Source of the DNA: a virus
Lineage: Duplodnaviria > Caudoviricetes
Strand: one strand, 5' to 3'
Length of the DNA stretch: 62,516 nt
Virus record (IMG/VR): IMGVR_UViG_3300037313_000418
Location: 1 to 62,516 of that record
Below, piece after piece: positions 7,810 to 16,479 of the stretch; the first letter of the stretch is position 1, and every line of letters begins with the position of its first letter. The notes beneath the pieces are model-generated. The model did no database searches. It saw only the letters and a list, made by a program, of their open reading frames with translations, and was not told the DNA's origin. The position numbers and the translations under genes were made by a program.

Positions 7810-7842
7810 ACGCTGGGTATCCTTATGTGCAACCAAATGCAA
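7810..7842 (-). promoter_or_regulatory. Putative CII-dependent promoter
   Basis: Minus strand TTGCATTTGGTTGC (TTGC-N6-TTGC), then N13, then a weak -10 CAGCGT. Confidence 0.5.
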
Positions 7843-7888
7843 AAATGGCAATTAATCGCTCATCGCGGAACGGGAGCTGGAACGGAAA

Positions 7889-7920
7889 TAAAAAACCCGC
7901 ACTCAGATCGATGCGGGTTG
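7889..7920 (-). terminator. Intrinsic terminator
   Basis: Minus strand AACCCGCA-loop-TGCGGGTTTTTTATTT. Confidence 0.75.
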
Positions 7921-8076
7921 TCATAAACTGGTGCCGGTATATTTCCCGACCGTCGACGCCGGTAGAGCATTTAATGCTGATCACTGCTCGTTGCTTGTTG
8001 CAGATCGAGGAATATCTTAGCAATATGGCATTAGTGGGATTTGATATTTCGCAAAGGTGCCAGAGCTGCGGGCAAT

Positions 8077-8102
8077 AAAAAACCCGCCTGGGTGGCGGGT
8101 TG
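8077..8102 (-). terminator. Intrinsic terminator ending the cI operon
   Basis: AAACCCGCC-TGGGT-GGCGGGTTT with a U-tract on the minus strand. Confidence 0.8.
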
Positions 8103-8146
8103 TTGTTGAATCGGGGAAGACTTAGCCGTGTTGGGCGACGAGCGCC

Positions 8147-9133
8147 TCAATCTGTTCGTTGATGTTCGCCTGCTTGTTCGCCTGTGGCTGGTGTGATTCC
8201 GTGGTTCTGCGCTGAATCACTTTTACCACTTCCTTGGATCGCTGGTTCACCATTCTCATTGCTTCCATTAGTGGCTGCGGGGTTTGGTGTGCCTTCATGG
8301 TTATCTCCAGTTAAAACAAGCGGGTATGTGAACAAATTTACTTCTGGCGTTGAAAAATTAATCTTCGGCGTCAACGCAGAATGCAGCATTTTGCTAAGGT
8401 TAGCAAGCATTCCTGTTGGGCGCTCCACATTAATAAAGAGGTTTTTAGCCTCTTTTCTATCGATCACAAATCCATGTGACGGGTAGGCAGAAACAAGATT
8501 GTGTAACCCGGTTGCTCGCAAATTCCCGCTTTTCTCCGCCAGCCTCCTGCCATACTCAAGAGCAATTTCCATTGCCCTTTGCATTTCAGCAAGTTTCATC
8601 GGGTCAATTTGGCCGGCAATAGGCTCAAATAACCCAATGGTGAGCGTCGAGGAAATTTCTGAAGCCACCTTAGTTGAGAGTCCGGCGTTGCTTGTAAGTT
8701 CGGTCACATACTGGGAAAACGCATACATGGCCTGATTTTGCAGATAATTTACAGCTTGAATAATGTCCAAGCCAGAATTTCTACCTACGATTTCATCATT
8801 TTTCTTTACCTGGATATCGAGCGGGCCCAACTCACTCATATCGTCGAGGTACAAGCGGGAAGCTCCTACGACGATTAAGGTTCCTGCGCTTTTGCAATAC
8901 CTTGGCACCAGTGCTCCAAAGCTTCCATAGGTGTGCTGTAAGGCTCGCGCAATCCGAAACCCGGCATGCGGATCACCGCCAGGAGTGGCAAGTGCAATCA
9001 GCGCTTTCTCAGATTTCTTGTTTTCTAGGGCTTGGCAAACTAATTCATACCCGCTCCCGGAAACCCCGCCTGCGTAGGTGATTATGTCGGTTGTTTCGAT
9101 AACCGGTTGCTCTTGTTCTTGTGCGGTTTGCAT
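8147..9133 (-). CDS. SDH-family ClpP/SppA-fold serine protease
   Basis: TPGGDP, CKSAGT (Ser), ELGPLD (Asp), YPSHGFVI (His) motifs; AT-richer than the flanking genes. Confidence 0.85.
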   Translation of the reverse strand: MQTAQEQEQPVIETTDIITYAGGVSGSGYELVCQALENKKSEKALIALATPGGDPHAGFRIARALQHTYGSFGALVPRYCKSAGTLIVVGASRLYLDDMSELGPLDIQVKKNDEIVGRNSGLDIIQAVNYLQNQAMYAFSQYVTELTSNAGLSTKVASEISSTLTIGLFEPIAGQIDPMKLAEMQRAMEIALEYGRRLAEKSGNLRATGLHNLVSAYPSHGFVIDRKEAKNLFINVERPTGMLANLSKMLHSALTPKINFSTPEVNLFTYPLVLTGDNHEGTPNPAATNGSNENGEPAIQGSGKSDSAQNHGITPATGEQAGEHQRTD

Positions 9134-9282
9134 AAGTTGAGTTTTTGATTTTGAGTTTCGGGAATTTATCGTCGTTCGCGGTTTTGCCCATCCCATAAAC
9201 ATGGGATGCCGGGCAGGGGTAGGGCTATTTCGGCAAGCTAGTACATTGCTTTGCAGGCCGCGGAAGCAACCTTGGCGACAAA

Positions 9283-9870
9283 CTACCGGCACTCGATTTC
9301 GTTGCGAATGCCAGATGGGTTGCATCGGTAGCGTTTATTCCCAAGTTCATCCAATTTCCGGTTGGTGGCGTTAGCGTTCTGGTTCAATTGCTGCGTAATC
9401 TGCTGGGCGTTTGCGTCAGCTTGTATCCGAGCAATAGCCGCATTGCGCTTGTCGGACTCTATGGAGTGGTGATCTTTCCAGAGATTGTAGGCTTCAAGCG
9501 AAATTGGCTGGCCATTAGCTTTGCGCACCATGTTTTCTACACACTCTGCTGTCGCATTGTCTGCCAGGATTTTCCCTTTTGAGTCGTTGTTTTTGAATGA
9601 TTTGAATTTACATTCGGCTGGCGGCGGGCCAGATCGAAGCCGGTCTGCCTCAAGCATTTTCAATGCTCTCGCATTTGGATCGCCGCTAGACGTGGATGGG
9701 CCGCCGAAACTGGGGGGCACAATGTTTACTTTCTGAGAGTCGGCGCTAGCACATGGAACATCCGAGTATTCCATCTTTCCCTGGGCGTTTTTGCACTTAT
9801 AGACCTGAGCATGAGCGCACGAGCATGCCACCACCAGTATCCAGAATAGAGAAGCGGATAGCTTTTTCAT
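9283..9870 (-). CDS. Exported DUF4124-like protein
   Basis: Signal peptide, then AQVYKCKNAQGKMEYSDVPC. Confidence 0.8.
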   Translation of the reverse strand: MKKLSASLFWILVVACSCAHAQVYKCKNAQGKMEYSDVPCASADSQKVNIVPPSFGGPSTSSGDPNARALKMLEADRLRSGPPPAECKFKSFKNNDSKGKILADNATAECVENMVRKANGQPISLEAYNLWKDHHSIESDKRNAAIARIQADANAQQITQQLNQNANATNRKLDELGNKRYRCNPSGIRNEIECR

Positions 9871-9894
9871 TTTTATTTCCCTTTCGATCAGGGC

Positions 9895-10191
9895 TTACTT
9901 GCTCAAAAAGATCCATGCCCACGGCAATGCAAAGCCACCAAGAAGAAAGCCGATGATGGCGCCGCCGTCTGGAGCCATTTGATCTTTCCCTTTTTTATTG
10001 CGGTGCAAGCAATAGAAGTAGCCTGCTGCGGAGCCAATAAGCGCACAGATAACCACTAGTCCGAGGCCATTCCCGCCAGAATCATCGGTGTCAGTATTTC
10101 CCATTCCACCGTATCCAGCATGGGCACTCATGGCAATTGCCGACATGCTTATTGCCGCTGCAATTAATTGCAACTTAGTGGTTTTTTTCAT
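9895..10191 (-). CDS. Small membrane protein (signal peptide plus 2 TM)
   Basis: Strong RBS GGAGG; hydrophobic segments; downstream of cI. Confidence 0.75.
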   Translation of the reverse strand: MKKTTKLQLIAAAISMSAIAMSAHAGYGGMGNTDTDDSGGNGLGLVVICALIGSAAGYFYCLHRNKKGKDQMAPDGGAIIGFLLGGFALPWAWIFLSK

Positions 10192-10236
10192 TCTTCCTCC
10201 CGGCGGCATAGCGTTCTTGATCCCAACAAAACAAAT

Positions 10237-10656
10237 TTATTTCTTTTTTGCAACTGATTTTGATGGCGCTTTCTCAACACCAGGGAATGGATTTGCAGGG
10301 CCTGGCGCGTTTGGATTGGCGCGGTTGGCAATCTCATTTGCATGGACCAGCAGATCATGCTTTCCGTCATCCGTCATTGACCGGTACAGCATCACCAGTT
10401 GCGCCTCCAAACCGCTAAGTTCGGTAAATTGAAGTGCATCTGACTTCTGTCCGGGCTCGCGTCCAGTCATCAGATATTCCGGCGTGGTTTTAAGTAGTGT
10501 CGCGACCAAGCCAAGCCGCCCCCGCTTTGGGGCCGTCCCGCCTTCTTTCTCCCATTGCTGAACAGTCTGCCAGACGACGCCACAGGCATCCGCGAATGCT
10601 TCCCTCGACGGCCAATGTTTTTCCCGTAGTTCTTTTATGCGTTTATTAATGCTCAT
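10237..10656 (-). CDS. cI: CI-like XRE repressor lacking a peptidase domain
   Basis: RIKELREK..SREAFADACGVVWQTVQQWEKEGGTAPK HTH; divergent from cro; only 139 aa. Confidence 0.85.
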   Translation of the reverse strand: MSINKRIKELREKHWPSREAFADACGVVWQTVQQWEKEGGTAPKRGRLGLVATLLKTTPEYLMTGREPGQKSDALQFTELSGLEAQLVMLYRSMTDDGKHDLLVHANEIANRANPNAPGPANPFPGVEKAPSKSVAKKK

Positions 10657-10740
10657 GCGCGAATGGTATTGGCTAGATTTTTTGGTATCAATGCAAAATT
10701 TTCTTGTGCTCACTAGATTTTCTAGTAAAATAAAAAAACC
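10657..10740. promoter_or_regulatory. OR switch: three operators, PRM (leaderless cI) and PR
   Basis: Operators at 10672-10686, 10693-10707 and 10712-10726 (ACTAGATTTTCTAGT); PRM on minus strand TTGATA-N17-TACCAT-N6-ATG; PR TTGTGC-N16-TAAAAT. Confidence 0.8.
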
Positions 10741-11052
10741 ATGAAAAACGAAGCCCTAATCCGCGCAGTTGAAAAGTTCGACACCTTAAAGGCGTTCGCC
10801 GATGCGTTGAGCACGCCTGAACGGCCTGTCACTTACCAAATGGTTCAGCAGTGGATGACCGGAAGCGTCCCGGCCGAGTATTGCCCAGACGTCGAGCGCA
10901 TCGCTGATTACTCAGTTTCGCGTGTTGACCTTCGCCCGAAAGATGGGCATCGCATCTGGCCAGAAATTGCCGGAAAGAAGCTGGCAAAGCACAAGCGCCG
11001 CAAGGAAGACAAGGAGGGGGCGTGCAACACATCTATCCCGCATGGCGCGTAA
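10741..11052 (+). CDS. cro: Cro-like (YdaS-type) regulator
   Basis: AFADAL...VTYQMVQQWMTGSVPAEYCPDVERI...LRP...IWPE. Confidence 0.85.
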   Translation: MKNEALIRAVEKFDTLKAFADALSTPERPVTYQMVQQWMTGSVPAEYCPDVERIADYSVSRVDLRPKDGHRIWPEIAGKKLAKHKRRKEDKEGACNTSIPHGA

Positions 11053-11346
11053 AGACGCTTCAATGGACAGCCAATTTGTTGCGCGTGCTGATCCAAATCG
11101 AGGGATTCCCGTATGGATCGAACCAAATTCACTGCGAAAGCCATTACGGCTGACACGGCGGGGCGAAATGGATTGTCGGCCAGAGCTGGCTGAAGGTGCG
11201 AACCACCGGAAGCCAGACAAAGAAAACCCGTGATGTCTGTCTGACTAGCGGACACCACCACCCGAATAAAAAGTTTATTACCCGCGCCGAATTCAGCGCA
11301 CAGCAACAACATACGTAAGCCTTGAGGCCCACGGAGACTGGCGAAG

Positions 11347-11706
11347 ATGAACATGCTACCCCCTGATGACGAATTTCTTTTTTCTCGTTCTTGTACTGCC
11401 ACGGTACCAGTATCGGCAGAAGTGGAAGCTAGGTCACGCAAGAATTTGTCTCGAATCTTGCACGGTCTGGCCTCGGTCGGTCAGGTGCGTGTAGCCGGGG
11501 CGATCGGCCTTCATGAATCGAACATCACGCGCTGGAAGGAAAAGGGCGAATTCGAGCGCATGAGCACGATGCTGGCGGCCATGGGCCTGCGTATCGCTTT
11601 GCCTGAGCAGAAGGTCATGAGCCAGGACGAATTCAACATGCTGATGCGATTCGCAAAAATCGGCATGCGCAACATGACTGAAGCCGATCTTTCGTTCGAG
11701 GACTGA
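11347..11706 (+). CDS. cII: CII-family transcriptional activator
   Basis: RSRKNLSRILHGLASVGQVRVAGAIGLHESNITRWK; canonical position after cro. Confidence 0.85.
   Translation: MNMLPPDDEFLFSRSCTATVPVSAEVEARSRKNLSRILHGLASVGQVRVAGAIGLHESNITRWKEKGEFERMSTMLAAMGLRIALPEQKVMSQDEFNMLMRFAKIGMRNMTEADLSFED
11409..11441 (-). promoter_or_regulatory. PRE-like CII-activated promoter inside cII
   Basis: Minus strand TTGCGTGACCTAGC-N13-GATACT; same position and geometry as lambda PRE. Confidence 0.65.
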
Positions 11707-11707
11707 T

Positions 11708-11881
11708 ATGGCTGAACTCTTCGCAAGTATTGAAAAGATCACCCGCGACGCTGAAGAGGCTGCCGACAACAACTGCGGCATTGGCAGCAATCCCTATCCG
11801 GATGACTCTGTGGCGCATGTGACCTGGAAGCAGGCCTGCGCCGCCCAGTATGCGGCCAATTCTGAGCAGGTGGCGGCATGA
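11708..11881 (+). CDS. 57-aa hypothetical protein
   Basis: MAELFASIEKITRDAEEAA...NPYP; fills the gap with RBS GAGGA and an ATGA overlap. Confidence 0.6.
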   Translation: MAELFASIEKITRDAEEAADNNCGIGSNPYPDDSVAHVTWKQACAAQYAANSEQVAA

Positions 11882-12210
11882 CCCAGCTCGCATTCGACCT
11901 GGCTGAGCGCGGTGCGAACCTGGCAGCCGATAAAGCAAACCGCACCATCGACTGCTGGACTGATCGCGCCTTGGCCGCCTTGAAAGAATACGCCAAGCGG
12001 GCAAAAACTTTCACCACCGAAGACGTGATCCTGGCATCACCTGATCTGCCGGCGCCATCCGAAAAGCGCGCATGGGGTTTCGTCACGCTGCAAGCCAAGA
12101 AGCAGGGAATTATCGACAAGGCCGGCTATGCGACTGCCAAGCAAGCGCACGCGCACTGCCGCCCGGTGAGCCTCTGGCAATCAAAAATTTTTTCACCTGC
12201 GACTAGCTGA
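11878..12210 (+). CDS. Hypothetical protein
   Basis: Translationally coupled ORF in the PR operon. Confidence 0.7.
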   Translation: MTQLAFDLAERGANLAADKANRTIDCWTDRALAALKEYAKRAKTFTTEDVILASPDLPAPSEKRAWGFVTLQAKKQGIIDKAGYATAKQAHAHCRPVSLWQSKIFSPATS

Positions 12211-12283
12211 CAAACACCCCGCCAAATATATAGGTTAATTGAATAAAAAGTAACAAAACTGATAAGTATCAAAAGGGGATCAA

Positions 12284-12655
12284 ATGAAATTTCCAGCAGA
12301 AAACAGCGCAGTCGAGCACATCTGCAAATACCTCAAGGACTGCGGCCCGGCGACTGCTCAGCAAGTTCAGGAGGTAACGGGCCATTCCATCAACAGTGTT
12401 TCCGTCGCTTTTGCCGAGGGTTTTCTGAGCCGTGAGGATGGCGGAAAAAGTGGCTACATCTACGCCCTGAAACCGCATGTGCGGGACTACTTGGCGCGTG
12501 GCGGTGACTACAAGGGCGAGATCGTCGAGCCTGCCCAGCCTCGCCCGTTCAAGCCGCTGACCGGCTATACCGCATCACTCACCCGCAATCTGCGCGAGCC
12601 GATCCGCGACATGTCGTTCATGCGCACTTCTAGCCAGTGCTTGCCGAGGGCGTGA
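12284..12655 (+). CDS. Putative winged-helix protein
   Basis: YLKDCGPATAQQVQEVTGHSINSV; RBS AAGGGG. Confidence 0.6.
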   Translation: MKFPAENSAVEHICKYLKDCGPATAQQVQEVTGHSINSVSVAFAEGFLSREDGGKSGYIYALKPHVRDYLARGGDYKGEIVEPAQPRPFKPLTGYTASLTRNLREPIRDMSFMRTSSQCLPRA

Positions 12656-12662
12656 GGGCGGC

Positions 12663-13202
12663 ATGAACTCGACTTTTGAAACTGGCGGCAGCGGCGGAAA
12701 TGCCACAACTCACGATTGGCTCACGCCGCCGGAGATCCTTCAAGCGCTTGGCAATTTTGACCTTGACCCCTGCGCAAGCCAGTTTCAACCGTGGCGTACC
12801 GCAGCGGCACAGTACACGATTGAGGACGATGGTTTGGCGCGCGAGTGGTCCGGGCGCGTCTGGTGCAATCCGCCGTATGGCCCACATGCGGAAAAATTCT
12901 TGAAGCGAATGGCGGAGCATGGCAATGGCATTTTGCTTATCTTTGCCAGGACCGAAACCAAGGCATTTCAAGAGTATTGCTGGCGTCGCGCCGATGGAAT
13001 GCTGTTCATGGCTGGACGCATCAAGTTCAGATTGCCAGGCGGCGGTACTGCAGGGGCCGCGGGTGCGCCATCTGTGCTTATCGCTTTCGGCAAAGACAAT
13101 GCCAATGCGCTACGGGATAGCGGCATTGCTGGCTACTTCGTGCCACTAGAAAACCAGGATGAATGCGTGGCGCAAACCTCCTTGGCACTGGAGGCAGCAT
13201 GA
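12663..13202 (+). CDS. Phage DNA N6-adenine methyltransferase
   Basis: DWLTP, FDLDPCA and VWCNPPYG motifs. Confidence 0.9.
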   Translation: MNSTFETGGSGGNATTHDWLTPPEILQALGNFDLDPCASQFQPWRTAAAQYTIEDDGLAREWSGRVWCNPPYGPHAEKFLKRMAEHGNGILLIFARTETKAFQEYCWRRADGMLFMAGRIKFRLPGGGTAGAAGAPSVLIAFGKDNANALRDSGIAGYFVPLENQDECVAQTSLALEAA

Positions 13203-13576
13203 CCCTGACCCGCAAATCCCCCATGAAGCGCACAGCAATGAAGCGCGGCACGTCACGCATGAGGTCGCGCGGGCCGAAGATGACGCCGATCCGCAAGAGC
13301 GCCAAGAACGAGGAATGCACGATCCGCCTGCCGGGCGTGTGCAACTTCGACCCGGCGACAACCGTGCTGTGCCATTCCAACGAGGGCGCAGACGGCAAGG
13401 GCATGGGGTTGAAGGCGTCGGACGAGCGGGCTGCTTACGGCTGCAGCGCCTGCCATGACGTGGTGGACGGTCGCCGGCCGCGCCCGGAAGGATTGACCCT
13501 GGAACTGGTAGCGACGCTGTTCAAAGAAGGCATTGCTCAGACAAACCGGATTTTGAAGCGGAAGGGGTTGATGTGA
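13199..13576 (+). CDS. YbcO/DUF1364-like His-Cys nuclease
   Basis: CTIRLPGVC...TVLCH...GKGMGLKASD...AYGCSACHDVVDGR. Confidence 0.85.
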   Translation: MTLTRKSPMKRTAMKRGTSRMRSRGPKMTPIRKSAKNEECTIRLPGVCNFDPATTVLCHSNEGADGKGMGLKASDERAAYGCSACHDVVDGRRPRPEGLTLELVATLFKEGIAQTNRILKRKGLM

Positions 13577-13908
13577 AGCCGTCCAAGTACAGCAACGTCA
13601 AGGCCGAATGGAATGGTGAGAAGTTCGACAGCAAAGCCGAATTGAGCCGCTACATGCAACTTTTGGCACTGGTCAAGGCTGGCGCAATCCGCGATTTGAC
13701 CCGGCAGGTTTCGTTCGTGCTAGCCCCCAAAGTAATCATTCAAGGCAAACCAAAGCGATCGCTGATCTACCGGGCCGACTTCAGCTATGTCGATTGCAAG
13801 ACCGGAAAACAGGTTGTCGAGGACAAGAAGGGCGCGCTGACAGAAGCCTACAAGATCAAACGGCACCTGATGAAGTCGGTGCATGGCATTGATATTTTGG
13901 AGTCGTGA
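13573..13908 (+). CDS. DUF1064-family PD-(D/E)xK nuclease-like protein
   Basis: SKYSN...FDSKAE...YRADF...VVEDKKG. Confidence 0.85.
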   Translation: MKPSKYSNVKAEWNGEKFDSKAELSRYMQLLALVKAGAIRDLTRQVSFVLAPKVIIQGKPKRSLIYRADFSYVDCKTGKQVVEDKKGALTEAYKIKRHLMKSVHGIDILES

Positions 13909-13954
13909 TGTATCGCGCCAAATTGAAGGAATTGAAGGCAGGGGAGGGGCTGCA

Positions 13955-14431
13955 ATGAAGAAAACAAGCAGGCAATTGGTGCTGGAAGCCGTACAGGATC
14001 TACACGCGCAAGAGCAAATCGTGACGCGCGAAACGCTGGCCGAGCACACCGGCCTGAAATTGACTGTGGTGGACGACCGGATTGCCACCTTGGTCGATGA
14101 CGGCGACGTGCTGCGGGTGCAGCGCGGGGTATTCGTGCCGGCGCCGGCGCATCCACCTTCACGGCCTATCAGTAAAACCGTGCTGCCGAACGGACTAGTG
14201 AAGCTGGAGATCGGCGACCAGGTGCTGGACCTGACGCCGCGGGAAAACCGCATGCTGGGCGACCTGATGGCCGGAGCCGGTGTGCAGTATGCGCAGATTG
14301 AAACCGGGCACAGCATGGCCGTGATGGTGGCAGAAATGCGCCGGGAAATGGCAGCGCTGTTTCGCGTGCAGCCGGCTGAGAAAGACGGAGATTCGCTGCA
14401 GGCTGGCGAATCGAAGGGGATGGCATTGTGA
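13955..14431 (+). CDS. Winged-helix DNA-binding protein (candidate late activator)
   Basis: VTRETLAEHTGLKLTVVDDRIATLVDDGDVLRVQRGVF; activator role is inference. Confidence 0.6.
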   Translation: MKKTSRQLVLEAVQDLHAQEQIVTRETLAEHTGLKLTVVDDRIATLVDDGDVLRVQRGVFVPAPAHPPSRPISKTVLPNGLVKLEIGDQVLDLTPRENRMLGDLMAGAGVQYAQIETGHSMAVMVAEMRREMAALFRVQPAEKDGDSLQAGESKGMAL

Positions 14432-15345
14432 CTGAATTACCAGCCCCGATAACGCCTGCAGATTGCGACCTTCGGGACTTCCCGTTCATGCCGCTCGATA
14501 TTGCTCGCCTGTTCAATTCCGAGTTCCACGCTCGGGCCGATGATTCCGAATGGCGCGCCGGTATCACGCTCTGGCTGAAGTCGTTTCACCAGGTTCCTGC
14601 CGGATCGATCCCGGATGACGACGTGGCGCTGGCTCGCCTTGCCGAACTTGGGCGCGATGTGAAGTCCTGGAAAAAAATCCGCGAAGTTGCCCTTCATGGC
14701 TGGGTGAAATGCAGTGACGGCCGCCTGTATCACCCTGTCGTGGCCGAGAAGGCCGCAGAGGCATGGGCTGGCAAGCTGTCACAGCGCGCACGCACTGCCA
14801 AGGCCAGGTTACAGGCTTTGATAACCCGTCTGTCGAAGGCGGCTGACGACATTGATGTTGCTCATATCGAGAACAGCATTCAGAACCTGTTACACGACCT
14901 GTCGCAGTACCTGATGCCGAATGAATACGAAGCTGTCGCTGCTTCTGTCACAGACTCTGTTACAGAAGCCAAGAGAAAGAGAAAGGGACAGGGAAAGGGA
15001 AAAGATAATAATTCCGATCCTATCGGATCGGGCGGCACGCCGCCGGAAAAGTCGCCCGACGAAATGACCAAGGATGAGCTCTGGAATTCCGGCAAGTCGT
15101 TGCTGATCCAGGCTGGCATGCCAAAGGCCCAATGCGGCTCCTTTGTCGGCAAGTTGGTCAAGGATTACTCCGCCGACATCGTGATCGAGGCGGTGCGCGC
15201 CGCCATCGTGGAGCGTCCGGCGGATCCAGCCTCCTACCTGAAAAAAATCTGCCAGAAGCGCAGCGGCGAGCGCCCGAACCGCCAGGAATCCCTTGAAAAC
15301 GCCAACTTGGCCGTAGCGGCCGAACTCGCAGGAGAACCGCAATGA
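14428..15345 (+). CDS. Replication initiator (DUF1376-like)
   Basis: DLRDFPFMPLDI...GSIPDDD...GWVKCSDGRLYHPVVAE; internal iterons and purine tract. Confidence 0.8.
   Translation: MTELPAPITPADCDLRDFPFMPLDIARLFNSEFHARADDSEWRAGITLWLKSFHQVPAGSIPDDDVALARLAELGRDVKSWKKIREVALHGWVKCSDGRLYHPVVAEKAAEAWAGKLSQRARTAKARLQALITRLSKAADDIDVAHIENSIQNLLHDLSQYLMPNEYEAVAASVTDSVTEAKRKRKGQGKGKDNNSDPIGSGGTPPEKSPDEMTKDELWNSGKSLLIQAGMPKAQCGSFVGKLVKDYSADIVIEAVRAAIVERPADPASYLKKICQKRSGERPNRQESLENANLAVAAELAGEPQ
14776..15012. repeat. Putative replication origin iterons
   Basis: CTGT(C/T)ACAG-like palindromes at 14776, 14887, 14899, 14945 and 14957, followed by a purine-rich/AT tract inside the initiator gene. Confidence 0.6.
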
Positions 15346-15992
15346 TCGATGCAGACCGCAAGGTTTTTTTTGAGACGATCGCCGGCGTGTACGGCTTCTA
15401 TCGCCAGGATTTTTCCAAGTTTGCCGGCAATGTCTGGTGGGAAGCCATGAAGCCGTTTGACTTCAAGGCTGTGGCCGACGCGTTGAATCGCCATTGCGTC
15501 AATCCGGACGTCGGCCAGTTCATGCCCAAGCCGGCGGACGTTGTGCGCATGCTGCAGGGCTCCACGCAGGACAGCGCCCTGGTGGCTTGGGCCAAGGTGG
15601 ACCGCGCCATCCGCACGGTCGGCACTCACAAGTCAGTGGCATTTGACGATCCGTTAATCCATCGCGTGCTGGTCGAAATGGGCGGCTGGATTCAGATCGG
15701 CACCAAGACTGACGATTACTGGCCTTTCCTGAAAAACGAGTTCGTGAACCGCTACCGCGGCTATCGTGGCCGCAGTGAGGTGCCCGAATACCCTCCGGTG
15801 CTGATCGGCATCGCTGAGGCGCAGAACAGCCAGCAAAACCTGGCGCACCGTGAGCCTCCTACGCTGATTGGCGACCAGGCGCAGGCCGAGCGCGTGGCCT
15901 TAGGTGGATCCGGCAAGCCGTTGCTGGCAATCGGTCAGATGACGCCAAAGGCGGCCGCCAAAGTTCTGCAAATCGCCGGTGCCGCCGCATGA
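15342..15992 (+). CDS. Replication protein, helicase-loader-like (DUF6475-like)
   Basis: Follows the initiator; FMPKPADVV...FDDPLIHRVLVEMGGW. Confidence 0.7.
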   Translation: MIDADRKVFFETIAGVYGFYRQDFSKFAGNVWWEAMKPFDFKAVADALNRHCVNPDVGQFMPKPADVVRMLQGSTQDSALVAWAKVDRAIRTVGTHKSVAFDDPLIHRVLVEMGGWIQIGTKTDDYWPFLKNEFVNRYRGYRGRSEVPEYPPVLIGIAEAQNSQQNLAHREPPTLIGDQAQAERVALGGSGKPLLAIGQMTPKAAAKVLQIAGAAA

Positions 15993-16192
15993 GTGCCTGT
16001 CCATCCTGCGGCACGTCTCGTTACATGGAGTTCGAATGCATCGAGTGCTGCCTGAAATGGCTGGCCGGGATGGATCGGGAAACGATGGCGCAGAACGCGC
16101 CGATGATCGAAAGAATTGCCGGTGCCGCGCAGATGGAGAAAGTCCGCAAGGAGTGGCAGGCAAGAGGGTATCAACCGAAAGGGAGCGCATGA
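15989..16192 (+). CDS. Small Cys-rich hypothetical protein
   Basis: CPSC...CIEC; ATGA coupling. Confidence 0.65.
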   Translation: MSACPSCGTSRYMEFECIECCLKWLAGMDRETMAQNAPMIERIAGAAQMEKVRKEWQARGYQPKGSA

Positions 16193-16452
16193 AGCTGAAA
16201 GTCACCTACACGCACAAAGGCTGGTTTGGCCTGTGCCCGGTCTATTTCGCCAACCTGAACTGCGAAGCGCCGGATATCCATCCGCGCCACTGGTCGCTCG
16301 AATGGCTGATGGATCTGAGCGAATTCATGTTCGGGCTGGTCTGCTGGATGAGGTCGGCGGCAGATCCGTACTTCGAGCCAGGTTGGCCTTTGCAAGTAAC
16401 CGGCGAACTCAATCCGCCGAAAGTGATTGAGCACGAGTACGACGAGTTTTAA
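16189..16452 (+). CDS. Hypothetical protein
   Basis: Start MKLKVTYTHKGWFG with RBS GGGAG. Confidence 0.65.
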   Translation: MKLKVTYTHKGWFGLCPVYFANLNCEAPDIHPRHWSLEWLMDLSEFMFGLVCWMRSAADPYFEPGWPLQVTGELNPPKVIEHEYDEF

Positions 16453-16479
16453 CGCAGTGCCAACGAAGGGGAGAGGAAA

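Noticed and set aside
8147-9325. 392-aa version of the protease and 158-aa version of CI as in the ORF track
   Set aside because: The N-terminal extensions overlap the upstream gene or the operator region; starts at 9133 and 10656 fit better.
13921-13938. AATTGAAGG tandem duplication before the winged-helix gene
   Set aside because: Only two copies, not seen elsewhere; no supportable function.
14945-14965. Second LexA box in the initiator gene
   Set aside because: The CTGT/ACAG spacing is not N8; better explained as origin iterons.
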